The notes under the pieces are model-generated. The model was not told the origin of the DNA and did no database searches. It saw only the letters and a program-made list of their open reading frames with translations. A stretch of 37,312 bases of DNA, from the NCBI GenBank assembly GCA_035476335.1, contig DATILO010000105.1, positions 1 through 37,312 on the forward strand, given 5' to 3'. Positions 25,601 through 33,629 of this stretch are shown one piece after another. The stretch is from Candidatus Binatia bacterium. Its GTDB lineage: Archaea > Nanobdellota > Nanobdellia > Woesearchaeales > ARS49. Within the stretch, counting starts at the first letter, position 1; every line of letters starts with the position of its first letter. Position numbers and translations under genes: made by a program.

Positions 25601-27667
25601 CTTGTCAAGTTCCGTGACGTCCGTGCCCTGGACAAAGCCCGCAAACGTCTGATCCGCGGGTTCGTTGTAGGAAATAATGGTCACGGGCGTGTGCGAGTTA
25701 GTATAGTAGGTTCCGTTGACCTTCCTTCCGGGCGTGATGTTGAGCGTGAGCATCTTGGGACCCTGGCACGCGGTGCAGGCGAAGACGTTGAAGGTCTTGA
25801 TGACTTCCAGGTTTTTGTTCGGGTCCTTGGAATAGTAGCGGAGCGTGTTCCAGCCGGGGCTCATGGTCAGGAGCGTCGTGTTGCCCTGCTTGAGCTCGAG
25901 GTCGTTGAAGTTGAGCTGGGTGAAATTCGTCGCGACAAAATTCGTGCACGGCGTTCCGCCTTGCGCGCCTGCGCAAAAGAACACGCCCCAGTTCACGTAT
26001 TCGGGAATCTTGGAATCACACTGCTTGACGCAGAACTGGAGCTGCTGCGACGGCTGGACGAGATGCCCGAACTCCGTTGCGTTGCTCCGCTCCCAGAGCC
26101 GGACATCGAGATAGTCGTACTTGCCCGCGCTGCCCGTCGGGATGAGTGTCGTGAGCGCGGGGAAATAGTCGCGTTCGCAGACCGGGTCGTTCACGCCGCA
26201 GTCCGGCCAGTACGACGTGAGCGGAGTCGCGTCGGCATTCTTGTGACAACCGGGATTATTGTTGAGCGGCACGCTGGAATCGTATTGGCACACCTTGATG
26301 CCGCACGGGTCGGTGCTCGGGTTCGCGATGCTGTTGTCCGGATTGAGCTGGATTGCGCCCTGCGGAGAACTGCACTGCCCCGGGGTATAGTCCTTGCAGG
26401 TGACGGTGCTGCAGTCAGAAGCTTGCCCATTCGTATAGAAGCACTGATGCTCAGGTGTGCTCAGCGCGATTGCCTTCTGGGGCGTGCACTGGTCGAAAAC
26501 ATTGTTGTAGGAATTGTACGTGGGCGCGCCTGCCGTGCCTTGCTTGTCGCACCAGGCGCAGTTGTTGAAGCGCTTGTCAACGCAGACTCCTGAACCGACG
26601 TCCGAGAACGTGTCCACCCACTCGCAGGCGCCGAGACCGCAGTTGTTGCGCTCGCACGCGCCCTTGCTCTTGTAGTCATAGCAGTTGAGCCCTTGGTTGC
26701 AAATGTAGCATGTATCCACGCTCGTCTGGCTCCGATCCAGGAAGCAGTAGTTTTCGTTGCCAGCCGTTCCTTCGCACTGGTCAACCGTGGCACCGAGCCC
26801 GAAAATACCCTCGTTGGGGTCGCACGGACCGGGTGAGCGGCATGATGGCGTGAGCCCTTGCGCGACGCAGATGGTGCCCGCATCACAAGGAAGGATGATG
26901 CTCAGCTTGTTGTCGACATCGCACGCGGCAGCCTTGTTGAACTTCGTGAAGAAGACCGCGCTTACGGCGCTGTCGAAGTTCACGAATGCAGATGCGGCTG
27001 TTGCAGGATCGCCTGCGTAGCCATACGTCTGCAGGTACGTCTTGAATGAATTATAATACGCGCTGGAAATGCAGAAGCTCTCGAGACCGTACTGGTTCTC
27101 GCATTCCAGGTCGCCCGTATTCACGCTCTTTGTCGCCGGCGGACTGTCGCCCTGGATGCTGTACTTCGCGATGACCTTGTAGGTGTACGCCGTATTCCAG
27201 CGCAGCTCAGGACTGCCGTCGATGAAACTCGATGCGGGCCCGATGATGGCGACCTGCTGGAAGTTCGAGCAGCTCGTGCCCGTGCACCGGCTGATGACAT
27301 ACGCGTCCGCAACGCAGACCTGGTTCCAGGAGAGCTTGATGGCGCGCTTGCCTTTCACGGGAACAACGCTCAGGTTGCCAGGAGCAGGATTGAATGACGC
27401 GGAACCGCATGCGCCTGTCGTTACATTAGGAATCGCGGTGACTTCTCCGCATTTCGTACTGCAGCTCTTATTGAGCGCGATGTCGGTCGCGGTGGGAGCA
27501 ACAAAGTCCGGGTATTCCGGCAGGCATTCGGAGGAAGGCAGATACGAATCGACCTGTGCGGTGGCCGCCTCCAGGTTGCAGCAGCAGCCCGAATCGGCCG
27601 TCACGGCAATCGCGGCAAGCGCGAACGCCAGCAGTACAATGAGTCCTATTCGCGGGAATGGTTTCAT
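22616..27667 (-). CDS. giant (1683 aa) secreted, C-terminally membrane-anchored Cys-rich surface protein
   Basis: Sec-type signal MKPFPRIGLIVLLAFALAAIAVTA. A long Cys-rich N-terminal region is followed by several Ig-like modules bounded by VDT(T/S)PP. Then come three Cys-rich modules (nt 23468-23911), D-x-D-G-D-G TSP3-like repeats (23195-23467), TM GLGWLWWLLLLLLLLLIVLGYLYY (23123-23194) and a 168-aa K/E/L/R-rich tail (22619-23122). There are many N-x-S/T sequons. Confidence 0.85.
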   Translation of the reverse strand: MKPFPRIGLIVLLAFALAAIAVTADSGCCCNLEAATAQVDSYLPSSECLPEYPDFVAPTATDIALNKSCSTKCGEVTAIPNVTTGACGSASFNPAPGNLSVVPVKGKRAIKLSWNQVCVADAYVISRCTGTSCSNFQQVAIIGPASSFIDGSPELRWNTAYTYKVIAKYSIQGDSPPATKSVNTGDLECENQYGLESFCISSAYYNSFKTYLQTYGYAGDPATAASAFVNFDSAVSAVFFTKFNKAAACDVDNKLSIILPCDAGTICVAQGLTPSCRSPGPCDPNEGIFGLGATVDQCEGTAGNENYCFLDRSQTSVDTCYICNQGLNCYDYKSKGACERNNCGLGACEWVDTFSDVGSGVCVDKRFNNCAWCDKQGTAGAPTYNSYNNVFDQCTPQKAIALSTPEHQCFYTNGQASDCSTVTCKDYTPGQCSSPQGAIQLNPDNSIANPSTDPCGIKVCQYDSSVPLNNNPGCHKNADATPLTSYWPDCGVNDPVCERDYFPALTTLIPTGSAGKYDYLDVRLWERSNATEFGHLVQPSQQLQFCVKQCDSKIPEYVNWGVFFCAGAQGGTPCTNFVATNFTQLNFNDLELKQGNTTLLTMSPGWNTLRYYSKDPNKNLEVIKTFNVFACTACQGPKMLTLNITPGRKVNGTYYTNSHTPVTIISYNEPADQTFAGFVQGTDVTELDKSPASGFNGAYTLTVPSGTSLAEGKYIFSANARDTNNVYMDAPVSVPAVVDTTPPIANYTPTDSAVLSTGSTTLKVNFSEPVIVQNFTLIEYVIYNTSAGPISVPEIHDITGLFAKGNDNRTYTATLTLTEGKKIIRPIVTDYAGNPLSPATNSSLFVVNAAPPIVTLKLPPYGVSSTFSFPFAVETDSVAECRYWSSQTVPPPGLFTALQPFDSTNDFVHLKNVFNEITKENTPYKVYVRCVDPVTGTGSSTFYLTVDTSPPKIVTAFAIPNPIVQMPLQTTLKVQTDDLTFCKYSNTTNNYDLMEGVFPMFGILGLQGHAVNVTVPAPASYTYKIACKNLAGLGPASASVTFSVNLNLSLTVKSIVPPFVGNVTVPLGVETNKDTFCYYEQDGALLPIGSTDTAAMAHTTLITVPGPGPYSIPVTCATGSGTSAAGIEQKTINVTFYVDTTPPDMLYADDTSNNPEWPQYSYFKNQLRIAMNGTDNESNVSRYHYLVQEKATSVVLKNWTPSVILDGLPWWVTGLNLTNGTSYYFRVKAENKASLLSTELPSDGVIIDFSKIPPQCLNQLFDVGNETDVDCGAICPQCADYKKCAINSDCMSRICNASKICQPSLCTDKINGGNETDIDCGGNQCPQCANNKTCAINEDCMSNYCDAGICSDNPCKNGKLDGLESDIDCGGACSQKCGVGQSCTVSADCINGTSCVNGVCAAIADEDGDGVPDALDKCPGTPSGEVVDEYGCSASQRHSCGDEIPDSWRILFFGDVICEGDAAADADPDGDGLTNLEEFRLGKNPLVSDGSGLGWLWWLLLLLLLLLIVLGYLYYRKKPEEVKRRLRQFRKSIPFLAPEAPPLPPAPEKKQPETPHLEDWLSVADLKKLGPEDVSAKTFGKLDAFIKGELAEREHPKLLKQLEREETPLDRLRELALAGLSPKERKELLLKLRLLRRGKLTKEEMEELFRKLRITAAYYATHKAELEAELEAFVRGEKRKRRR

Positions 27668-28965
27668 GAACTGGTTCCTGCAGGGATGCGGAACGTCAAA
27701 CGGTCCGTCAAATCGGGATCAGTGAATTGGGAGTCGGAGGCCTCGACGACGATTTGCACCTCGCGATAACTGCTCGCATCTTCGTACGTGACCGTGTAGC
27801 TTGGTTGCAGCGGATTCTGCTGCCCGCCTGCGAACGCGCGGAACGTCACGGCATCCTCATCGGGGTCGTACGCGCGCACTTCGACATTGAATCCGGTGAA
27901 TGAGCCGACGCAGTTCGACACGTCGCCCGACAGGTGCGTGCCGTCGAAGGAGATGACGCTGCCGTCGCAAAGCTTCCACGTCGCGATGGTGTCATTGGGA
28001 ATCCACACGAGCGCGGGAGCACGGTTCTTGCGCGCAACTTGGAAAACATATTGGACGCCTCCGAGACTGGACGCAGGGTCAATAAATTGCAGGAGATCGT
28101 CGTGCAGGTATGCGTCATGCGAGGTCGAGACCTGCACCTGGTCAAGCACGAGCGATGTGGGGTCGAACGACAGGTTGGTGACCTCCTTATCCATGACGTA
28201 ATGCGCAAGCTCGTGAATCGCCTTCATCCGCACCGGAAGCTCCGTCGCAAAGGAATCAACGTGCGTCTTGGTTCCGGAAACCTCGCTCGTGAGATTTGCC
28301 GGATAATAGAGCAGGAACGATGTTCCGCGCGTTCCGAACACCACCTGCAGGGAAGGCGTCCCGGTCTCGACGGAGAGTCCTTGCTTCTCAAACACGCTCC
28401 AATCGATGCAAGACTGCGTTTTGGCCAGGACCGCGGCTTCAAGTTCCTCCTGGAGCGAGTTCGTTCCTTCCAGTTGCAGCAGCTGATTTCTGCCGAAATA
28501 GCCTTGGAGATATTCCGGAATGAGCACGTCGTACGTACCGAGCGCGTTGGGCGTGTCGTTGTAGAGCATCGGGAACGTGGGCCAGGGATAGTCAGGAGTC
28601 TTTGCGAAGAAAAGCGTGCCGACGTTTCCTTCCGGCGGCAAGATGGCATAGGTCACCTTCGTGGTGCCGTCGAGCACGTAGTCCGTGCCGAGCACGAGCG
28701 GGTCGGGAGTGATGCCGCCCTGGCTCGTGTAGACGTGGCCTCCTTGCTTGCCGAGGATTTCAATGATGGAGCGTGCTGACAGGTCCAGGCACTGCGTCAC
28801 GTACTCTTGGACCGGCTTCAGGAGCGCGGCCGTCCGTTGCTGGGTTTCCACGCGTTCTTCCCCTCTTTTGCTGCTCGCGGAGCGTGCCGCGTACAAAACG
28901 ATGCCCACGATGATGAGCACCAACAAAACAACAATGATGATGAGCGTCAGCTGGCCACGGCGCAT
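27664..28965 (-). CDS. type IV pilin-like protein E (MRRGQ then LTLIIIVVLLVLIIVGIVLYA), 433 aa
   Basis: The ATG at 28965 lies 1 nt after the stop of the 1352-aa gene, and the stop overlaps the ATG of the giant gene (ATGA at 27664-27667). Confidence 0.6.
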   Translation of the reverse strand: MRRGQLTLIIIVVLLVLIIVGIVLYAARSASSKRGEERVETQQRTAALLKPVQEYVTQCLDLSARSIIEILGKQGGHVYTSQGGITPDPLVLGTDYVLDGTTKVTYAILPPEGNVGTLFFAKTPDYPWPTFPMLYNDTPNALGTYDVLIPEYLQGYFGRNQLLQLEGTNSLQEELEAAVLAKTQSCIDWSVFEKQGLSVETGTPSLQVVFGTRGTSFLLYYPANLTSEVSGTKTHVDSFATELPVRMKAIHELAHYVMDKEVTNLSFDPTSLVLDQVQVSTSHDAYLHDDLLQFIDPASSLGGVQYVFQVARKNRAPALVWIPNDTIATWKLCDGSVISFDGTHLSGDVSNCVGSFTGFNVEVRAYDPDEDAVTFRAFAGGQQNPLQPSYTVTYEDASSYREVQIVVEASDSQFTDPDLTDRLTFRIPAGTSS

Positions 28966-28966
28966 G

Positions 28967-31900
28967 TTACCCTGGCCGGAGTTTTGCCGTGAGGTCTCGC
29001 CACGCATTCGCGATGGGCGGGGTGGCAGTCTGGTAGACGTCCGTCACGATGCGCATTTCACCCGTGCTGTTCGTGCACGCGGCCTTGCCATCATATTTCT
29101 GGATGAGGTTGAAACAGGGATTGGGTCCGAGGTCGACGTTCGCGTAGCGCACGCCGATGTAATCCTTCGGCGGCAGCGCGGTGGAGAACTTGATGCCGGT
29201 CTCGTAGAACGCGAACAGCATATGGTCATCCGCGCGCGCGGCATAGAGCTTGTTGAACGTGTGCGTGTTGTCAAAGAAGGAAAAGTCATTGCCCACACCC
29301 GGATTGTTGAGCATGGCGGACACGAATTGTTTGAGCGCATTGAGCGGGTCCGCGATGAACTGGTCGAACCACTCGCTCACGGATGTTCCGCCGAGCGTGC
29401 CGGAGGGGATGGAAATGAGACTGTTCGTCTGCGGATTATACCAGAGTCCTGGTGCGCCGGAACACTCAGTGTACCCTGTTCCCGAGAGCGCGTTATCGCA
29501 CGCCGTTGCCGCCTTGTTGACGCCCGTCGGGTTCGTCAGGAAGCTCTTGGCTGCATCATCGACCGGGTTGTTCAGACTGACTCCCCACGCGACTCCGTTC
29601 GGCGTTTCGAGCACGCAGAAGTTGTTCACACAGGGAACGCCCGTGCCGAGGATGGAACAGCTGGAGTCGCCGACATAATTTGCGACGCTCTGCGGAACGT
29701 TCAACGCCTTATCCGATTTGTCGCAGAAGAGCCGGTACGCGGTCGGCGATGTGGAGTCAATGTAGTCAAAGAGTTGGAGTGCAATATTTTTCGTGCGCGT
29801 GCTCCAAATGCCGTTTTCACACGCGTGGTCCTTGATATACTGGCCGTCGGCAATACATTGAGGATAGAACACGCCAGGTGTGGTGTCAAAGTACTTGTCG
29901 GGCTGGTCGTTGTTGATTCCTGTACCTGCCGTCGTGATGAGGCACTGGTCTTCGCGCGGGCAGTAGCCCTTGACTCCCCGGTCCCAGCTGTAGCGGAGCG
30001 TTCGGAGAATCCAGTTGCCGCCCTCGCAGCGGTAGCCCGAGTCCGTCGAGCCGAACGGATACTGGTAGCCCCCTGCTGCACCGAGTTGATCGTTCTGGCA
30101 GCCCTGGTGCACGCCCGAGCCTTGGAGGTTGGAATCGCCGGTCCAGCAGCTGGTCGTGTTGCAGCATTCCTCAAGGAGCGTTCCCGCGGGAGCAGTCCAC
30201 GCGATGTTCTTGAGCTCGGTGCGGTTGGTCGGCGGCGAGTCAACCTTCCATTTGCCGGTGCTCGAGCAGAAGTATTCGCCGCTCGCGCTTGAGCCAGGGA
30301 TGACGTCGCACGCTTCATGAGACGTGGGCGCAGCGGAACTCGGGGAGCTTCCTGAGCTCTGCAGACTGCAGAGGTCGTCCGCACTCAATGCCTGCACGTC
30401 GGCGTCGCTGAGCGCGTGGTCATAGATTTGCACCTCGTCCAGTGCTCCGCGGAAATTTCCCGACGGGATGACATAGCCGCCGATGTACAATGGTTGGCTG
30501 TTCTGCAAGCTTCCGCTGGCAAGCGTTGTTTGGGTTTTCACCAACACCCCGTCAATGTACAGTTTGAGCTGCTTTCCTTGGCGTTCTGCCGCAACGTGGT
30601 GCCACTGGTCTTGCCAGAATGAAGGACCGTAATTAGTGGAATCATTTTCTGTGATGGTGGCGGTGGTTCCCTGAGAAATGAGGTAAAAGCTCAACGCGCC
30701 TTGCATGTAATACAACTCGTAGCCGGAAGGTTGGCTGACGAGATAAACGCTGGGTGATATCTTATAGACAATGACGTAACCTCCATCGTACGACGAGTCA
30801 GCGACGGGCTTCATCCAGGCGCTGATGGTGAAATCATCGCCGGAGCCGAAGTCGAGGTTCGGGTTGTCGCTGATGTTCACCGAGGAACTGGTGCTCAGGG
30901 AAAACGCCTGTCCGGTATGGCCTGCGGAGTAACTCGCGACGCCGTTGAATTTGCCATCGTTGCCATCGACGCTGTCTTGAACGTTTCCTTCTGCCTTCCA
31001 CCAACTCACGAGACCGTCGGGCGTGCAGGATTGTGCGGGAGCGGCGCTCACGGCTGCGTTGCAGCCCTGCAATGTTCCATTGAACGCGAGAATAGTTCCG
31101 TCCTCGACGGTGTTGCCGTTCGCGACGAACGTGCTGTCCCAGCACACGCCGATATCGCCGGGAGCCTCATACGTCTCATGCGCGTCGTCTGCCTCGGAAC
31201 AGCATCGTTTCGCAAGCCACGCGAAGCCCGCCTTGGTGCAGGATTCCTCGTCCTTGGAATCAAGGTCTTTCGTGTAGATTCCGTCTGATGCACAGTAATA
31301 CGTTCCGCCCGGCGTGAGAAGCGTCGTGCCCGTCGGCATGCTGTTGAGCATGCTGAGGCCGCCGTGCGAGCCCGCGCATTCCGTCGCGTTACGCTTGGTG
31401 CGATTGCAGGAGTAATAGTGAGGCAGATCAGAGATGTTGTTGATCCACGCGAGCGGGCGAGCGTCAAGCGTCGCGATATCGGTGGTGCTGCCACCGCATT
31501 CGTAGAATCCGCTGCCGTTGCTCACAACCGTGATGTCCGGACAGCCCGTGTCGACGGGCCGCAGGTCGGCAATATCGCCGGGAAGGTAATTGCTTGCCCA
31601 CTTCCACTTACCGTCGGCAGTCTTGCCGCAGATGCCGACATCCTGGAGGTAGGTGCCGCAGCTTGCGGTATCCATGCCGGTTGCGGCTGCACCGCAGCAC
31701 GTGCCGCCGTGGCCGTTCGGCCCGCCATAGGCAATCCAGTCGCCGCCTTGGTCAAGGCACGGCTTTGCCTGGATGAAGTCACAGGTTTTTTCCTTGTCCG
31801 CGTCGATGCAGGCGTACGCGTTGGCGGTGTCGGTTGATTGCGCAGTTATTTCCGTGTAGTCCGTGCTGCCGCCGAGCCACGTCATCACGTCGGAAGCCGT

Positions 31901-33025
31901 GTCACCGATGGTGACGGGGTACGCTGATTCCCAGTCACACTTGCCATCGTAGGTATTATCGGTGCAGGTGTAGAGATGATTATTGAGATTCGTCGTCTGC
32001 TGCACGCCATCTTGCGGCGTCGTGGTGGGCGTGTTCGCCGCGTCAAACCAGAGAAGCGTTGCGGCATTTCGATAGGAATTGTCAACCTTGAGCTGGGGGC
32101 TGCCGCTGAGGCCCGGGAGCAAGGAGGTCAGCGAACCCAAATCAACGGACTTGTCCCCCTCTGAGATGATTTTTCCGCTTCCCTGAGCTTTCGTGCCTGC
32201 AATGTCCCAGAAGGTCGCCGTAATGGTTCCCTTATTGATACCGGAATAGACCGCGCCACATTCGACAAACGTGATTTGATTGGCAGCGATGGGCGGGTCG
32301 AAGTTGACAAGCGGAGGGTACGTGTTATCACATCCCGAATCATAGACCGTTTGGCCGTTGTTCGTCACGAGTGCCTGCGTGGGTCCAAGATTGTTGTAGA
32401 AGCCATCGGTTGCCGTGAGCGATAATGACGAGAGGTAGTGTGTTCCACCCAGTCCCAGCCCGACCTTCATCTTACTCGATGAAGAGGTGGTGCTCGAACT
32501 GGTGTTCGTCTTCGTCACGGTTCCGTTGAAGATGCGCCAGTACGCCTCGCGGTTGCGCTGCAGCAACGGCTTCATCACGCCGAGCTGCTTTGCCTGGTCG
32601 TTGAGCCAGACGCCGGAGCTATTGTGCGTAATATCCGCGCCCACATACCAGAGCCCCCAGCTTTGGCCGTTCGGGTCGCGCCCGCAGACACGCACCTCAT
32701 CAGCCATGCCTGAGAAATGCTTCGTGGGCACCAAGACGCTGTCGCCATATCCCCACTCCTGGTCTTCCTGCTGGACAACGCCGTCAATGAGCAATTGAAT
32801 TCCGGTGGCAACCCACAAGCCGTGTTTGCCTGCATGCCAGTTCAGCGCATAGGCATCGAAAACGTACACTGGTGAAGGAACGGAAAAGACCGTTTGGTAC
32901 GCCCAACAGTAGTTGTAGGTGTAGCCGTTCGTTTTGCCGAAGATACTCCAGTCAAAGTTGGCTCCCTGAGCCACGGACGCGAGAAATACTATAGTAAGTA
33001 CTGTTAACAGACCTCTTTTTACCAT
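28967..33025 (-). CDS. giant (1352 aa) secreted Cys-rich protein with a central LamG/concanavalin-A-like domain
   Basis: Sec-type signal MVKRGLLTVLTIVFLASVAQGA. LamG_3-like segment (nt about 30386-31020): LVSWWKAEGN...FTISAWMKP...WHHVAAERQGKQLKLYIDG...PLYIGG...FRGALDEVQIYDHALS. No C-terminal TM helix was seen. Confidence 0.85.
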   Translation of the reverse strand: MVKRGLLTVLTIVFLASVAQGANFDWSIFGKTNGYTYNYCWAYQTVFSVPSPVYVFDAYALNWHAGKHGLWVATGIQLLIDGVVQQEDQEWGYGDSVLVPTKHFSGMADEVRVCGRDPNGQSWGLWYVGADITHNSSGVWLNDQAKQLGVMKPLLQRNREAYWRIFNGTVTKTNTSSSTTSSSSKMKVGLGLGGTHYLSSLSLTATDGFYNNLGPTQALVTNNGQTVYDSGCDNTYPPLVNFDPPIAANQITFVECGAVYSGINKGTITATFWDIAGTKAQGSGKIISEGDKSVDLGSLTSLLPGLSGSPQLKVDNSYRNAATLLWFDAANTPTTTPQDGVQQTTNLNNHLYTCTDNTYDGKCDWESAYPVTIGDTASDVMTWLGGSTDYTEITAQSTDTANAYACIDADKEKTCDFIQAKPCLDQGGDWIAYGGPNGHGGTCCGAAATGMDTASCGTYLQDVGICGKTADGKWKWASNYLPGDIADLRPVDTGCPDITVVSNGSGFYECGGSTTDIATLDARPLAWINNISDLPHYYSCNRTKRNATECAGSHGGLSMLNSMPTGTTLLTPGGTYYCASDGIYTKDLDSKDEESCTKAGFAWLAKRCCSEADDAHETYEAPGDIGVCWDSTFVANGNTVEDGTILAFNGTLQGCNAAVSAAPAQSCTPDGLVSWWKAEGNVQDSVDGNDGKFNGVASYSAGHTGQAFSLSTSSSVNISDNPNLDFGSGDDFTISAWMKPVADSSYDGGYVIVYKISPSVYLVSQPSGYELYYMQGALSFYLISQGTTATITENDSTNYGPSFWQDQWHHVAAERQGKQLKLYIDGVLVKTQTTLASGSLQNSQPLYIGGYVIPSGNFRGALDEVQIYDHALSDADVQALSADDLCSLQSSGSSPSSAAPTSHEACDVIPGSSASGEYFCSSTGKWKVDSPPTNRTELKNIAWTAPAGTLLEECCNTTSCWTGDSNLQGSGVHQGCQNDQLGAAGGYQYPFGSTDSGYRCEGGNWILRTLRYSWDRGVKGYCPREDQCLITTAGTGINNDQPDKYFDTTPGVFYPQCIADGQYIKDHACENGIWSTRTKNIALQLFDYIDSTSPTAYRLFCDKSDKALNVPQSVANYVGDSSCSILGTGVPCVNNFCVLETPNGVAWGVSLNNPVDDAAKSFLTNPTGVNKAATACDNALSGTGYTECSGAPGLWYNPQTNSLISIPSGTLGGTSVSEWFDQFIADPLNALKQFVSAMLNNPGVGNDFSFFDNTHTFNKLYAARADDHMLFAFYETGIKFSTALPPKDYIGVRYANVDLGPNPCFNLIQKYDGKAACTNSTGEMRIVTDVYQTATPPIANAWRDLTAKLRPG

Positions 33026-33037
33026 GCTGGGCTGCGT

Positions 33038-33059
33038 CTATTAAAAAGGTTTATATATC
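33038..33059. promoter_or_regulatory. bidirectional A/T-rich TATA region (CTATTAAAAAGGTTTATATATC) for the surface operon and the divergent Cys-rich gene
   Basis: This is the only A/T block in the 55-bp gap. It lies about 27 nt from the ATG at 33081 (+) and 18-29 nt from the ATG at 33025 (-). Confidence 0.5.
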
Positions 33060-33080
33060 TTCCTGTTCACGGGAAGCGAG

Positions 33081-33629
33081 ATGGAAAAGAAGGTGATTAT
33101 CGAAGGAGCATCCCTTTTGCTCGTCATTCTCGCAGTTCTGGGCATCTGGTACTTCGCACGAATGCCTGCCTCAGAACCCGCATCGCAAGCCACGATTCCT
33201 ACCTTTGACGCATCGCTGGCAGCCAAGGGCTGTATCGATGAAGGCAAAGCCGTGGTTGACCTGCTCGCGGCAGTTGACGCGAAAGATGCCGCTCGCTGTC
33301 CTTCACTCTCACCGCACAACGCGTTTTGCAAGGCAGCGCTTGGTGTTGACGAATGCGCCGGACTCGCGCTCATGCAGGAACAAGCATCATGCGCAGCCAT
33401 TCTCGCAAAGAAACCCGCCTCCTGTGAAAAGGATGAATTGTGTCACATTCTCGCCGGAGACACCTCCTGCTCGACCGGCACGGACCACGACTTCTGCATG
33501 GCCGCCGTTGCGCGAGATAGCAACAAGCTTACGGACCCTGCTGCGTGCGAGCAGATTGCGCAGAACATGCAGCAACGCATTACCTGCACCAGCCAGGCAC
33601 AAAACGACGCCGAAGCTGCCGCCTGCTAG
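33081..33629 (+). CDS. small N-terminally anchored Cys-rich protein (182 aa)
   Basis: TM helix ASLLLVILAVLGIWYFA followed by about 150 aa with about 13 Cys at roughly 10-15-residue spacing. I recognise no family. Confidence 0.55.
   Translation: MEKKVIIEGASLLLVILAVLGIWYFARMPASEPASQATIPTFDASLAAKGCIDEGKAVVDLLAAVDAKDAARCPSLSPHNAFCKAALGVDECAGLALMQEQASCAAILAKKPASCEKDELCHILAGDTSCSTGTDHDFCMAAVARDSNKLTDPAACEQIAQNMQQRITCTSQAQNDAEAAAC

Noticed and set aside
23903-30292. Long plus-strand ORFs (23903-25591, 25691-26593, 28748-30292 and others) opposite the giant genes
   Set aside because: Their products are dominated by R/D/E/V/G runs. The minus-strand products have signal peptides, domain repeats, a LamG domain and tight coupling, so the plus-strand frames are shadows.
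22616-33025. Diversity-generating retroelement target in the giant surface proteins
   Set aside because: No reverse transcriptase ORF is present, and I could find no template/variable repeat pair with adenine-specific mismatches in the window. Location elsewhere in the genome cannot be excluded.
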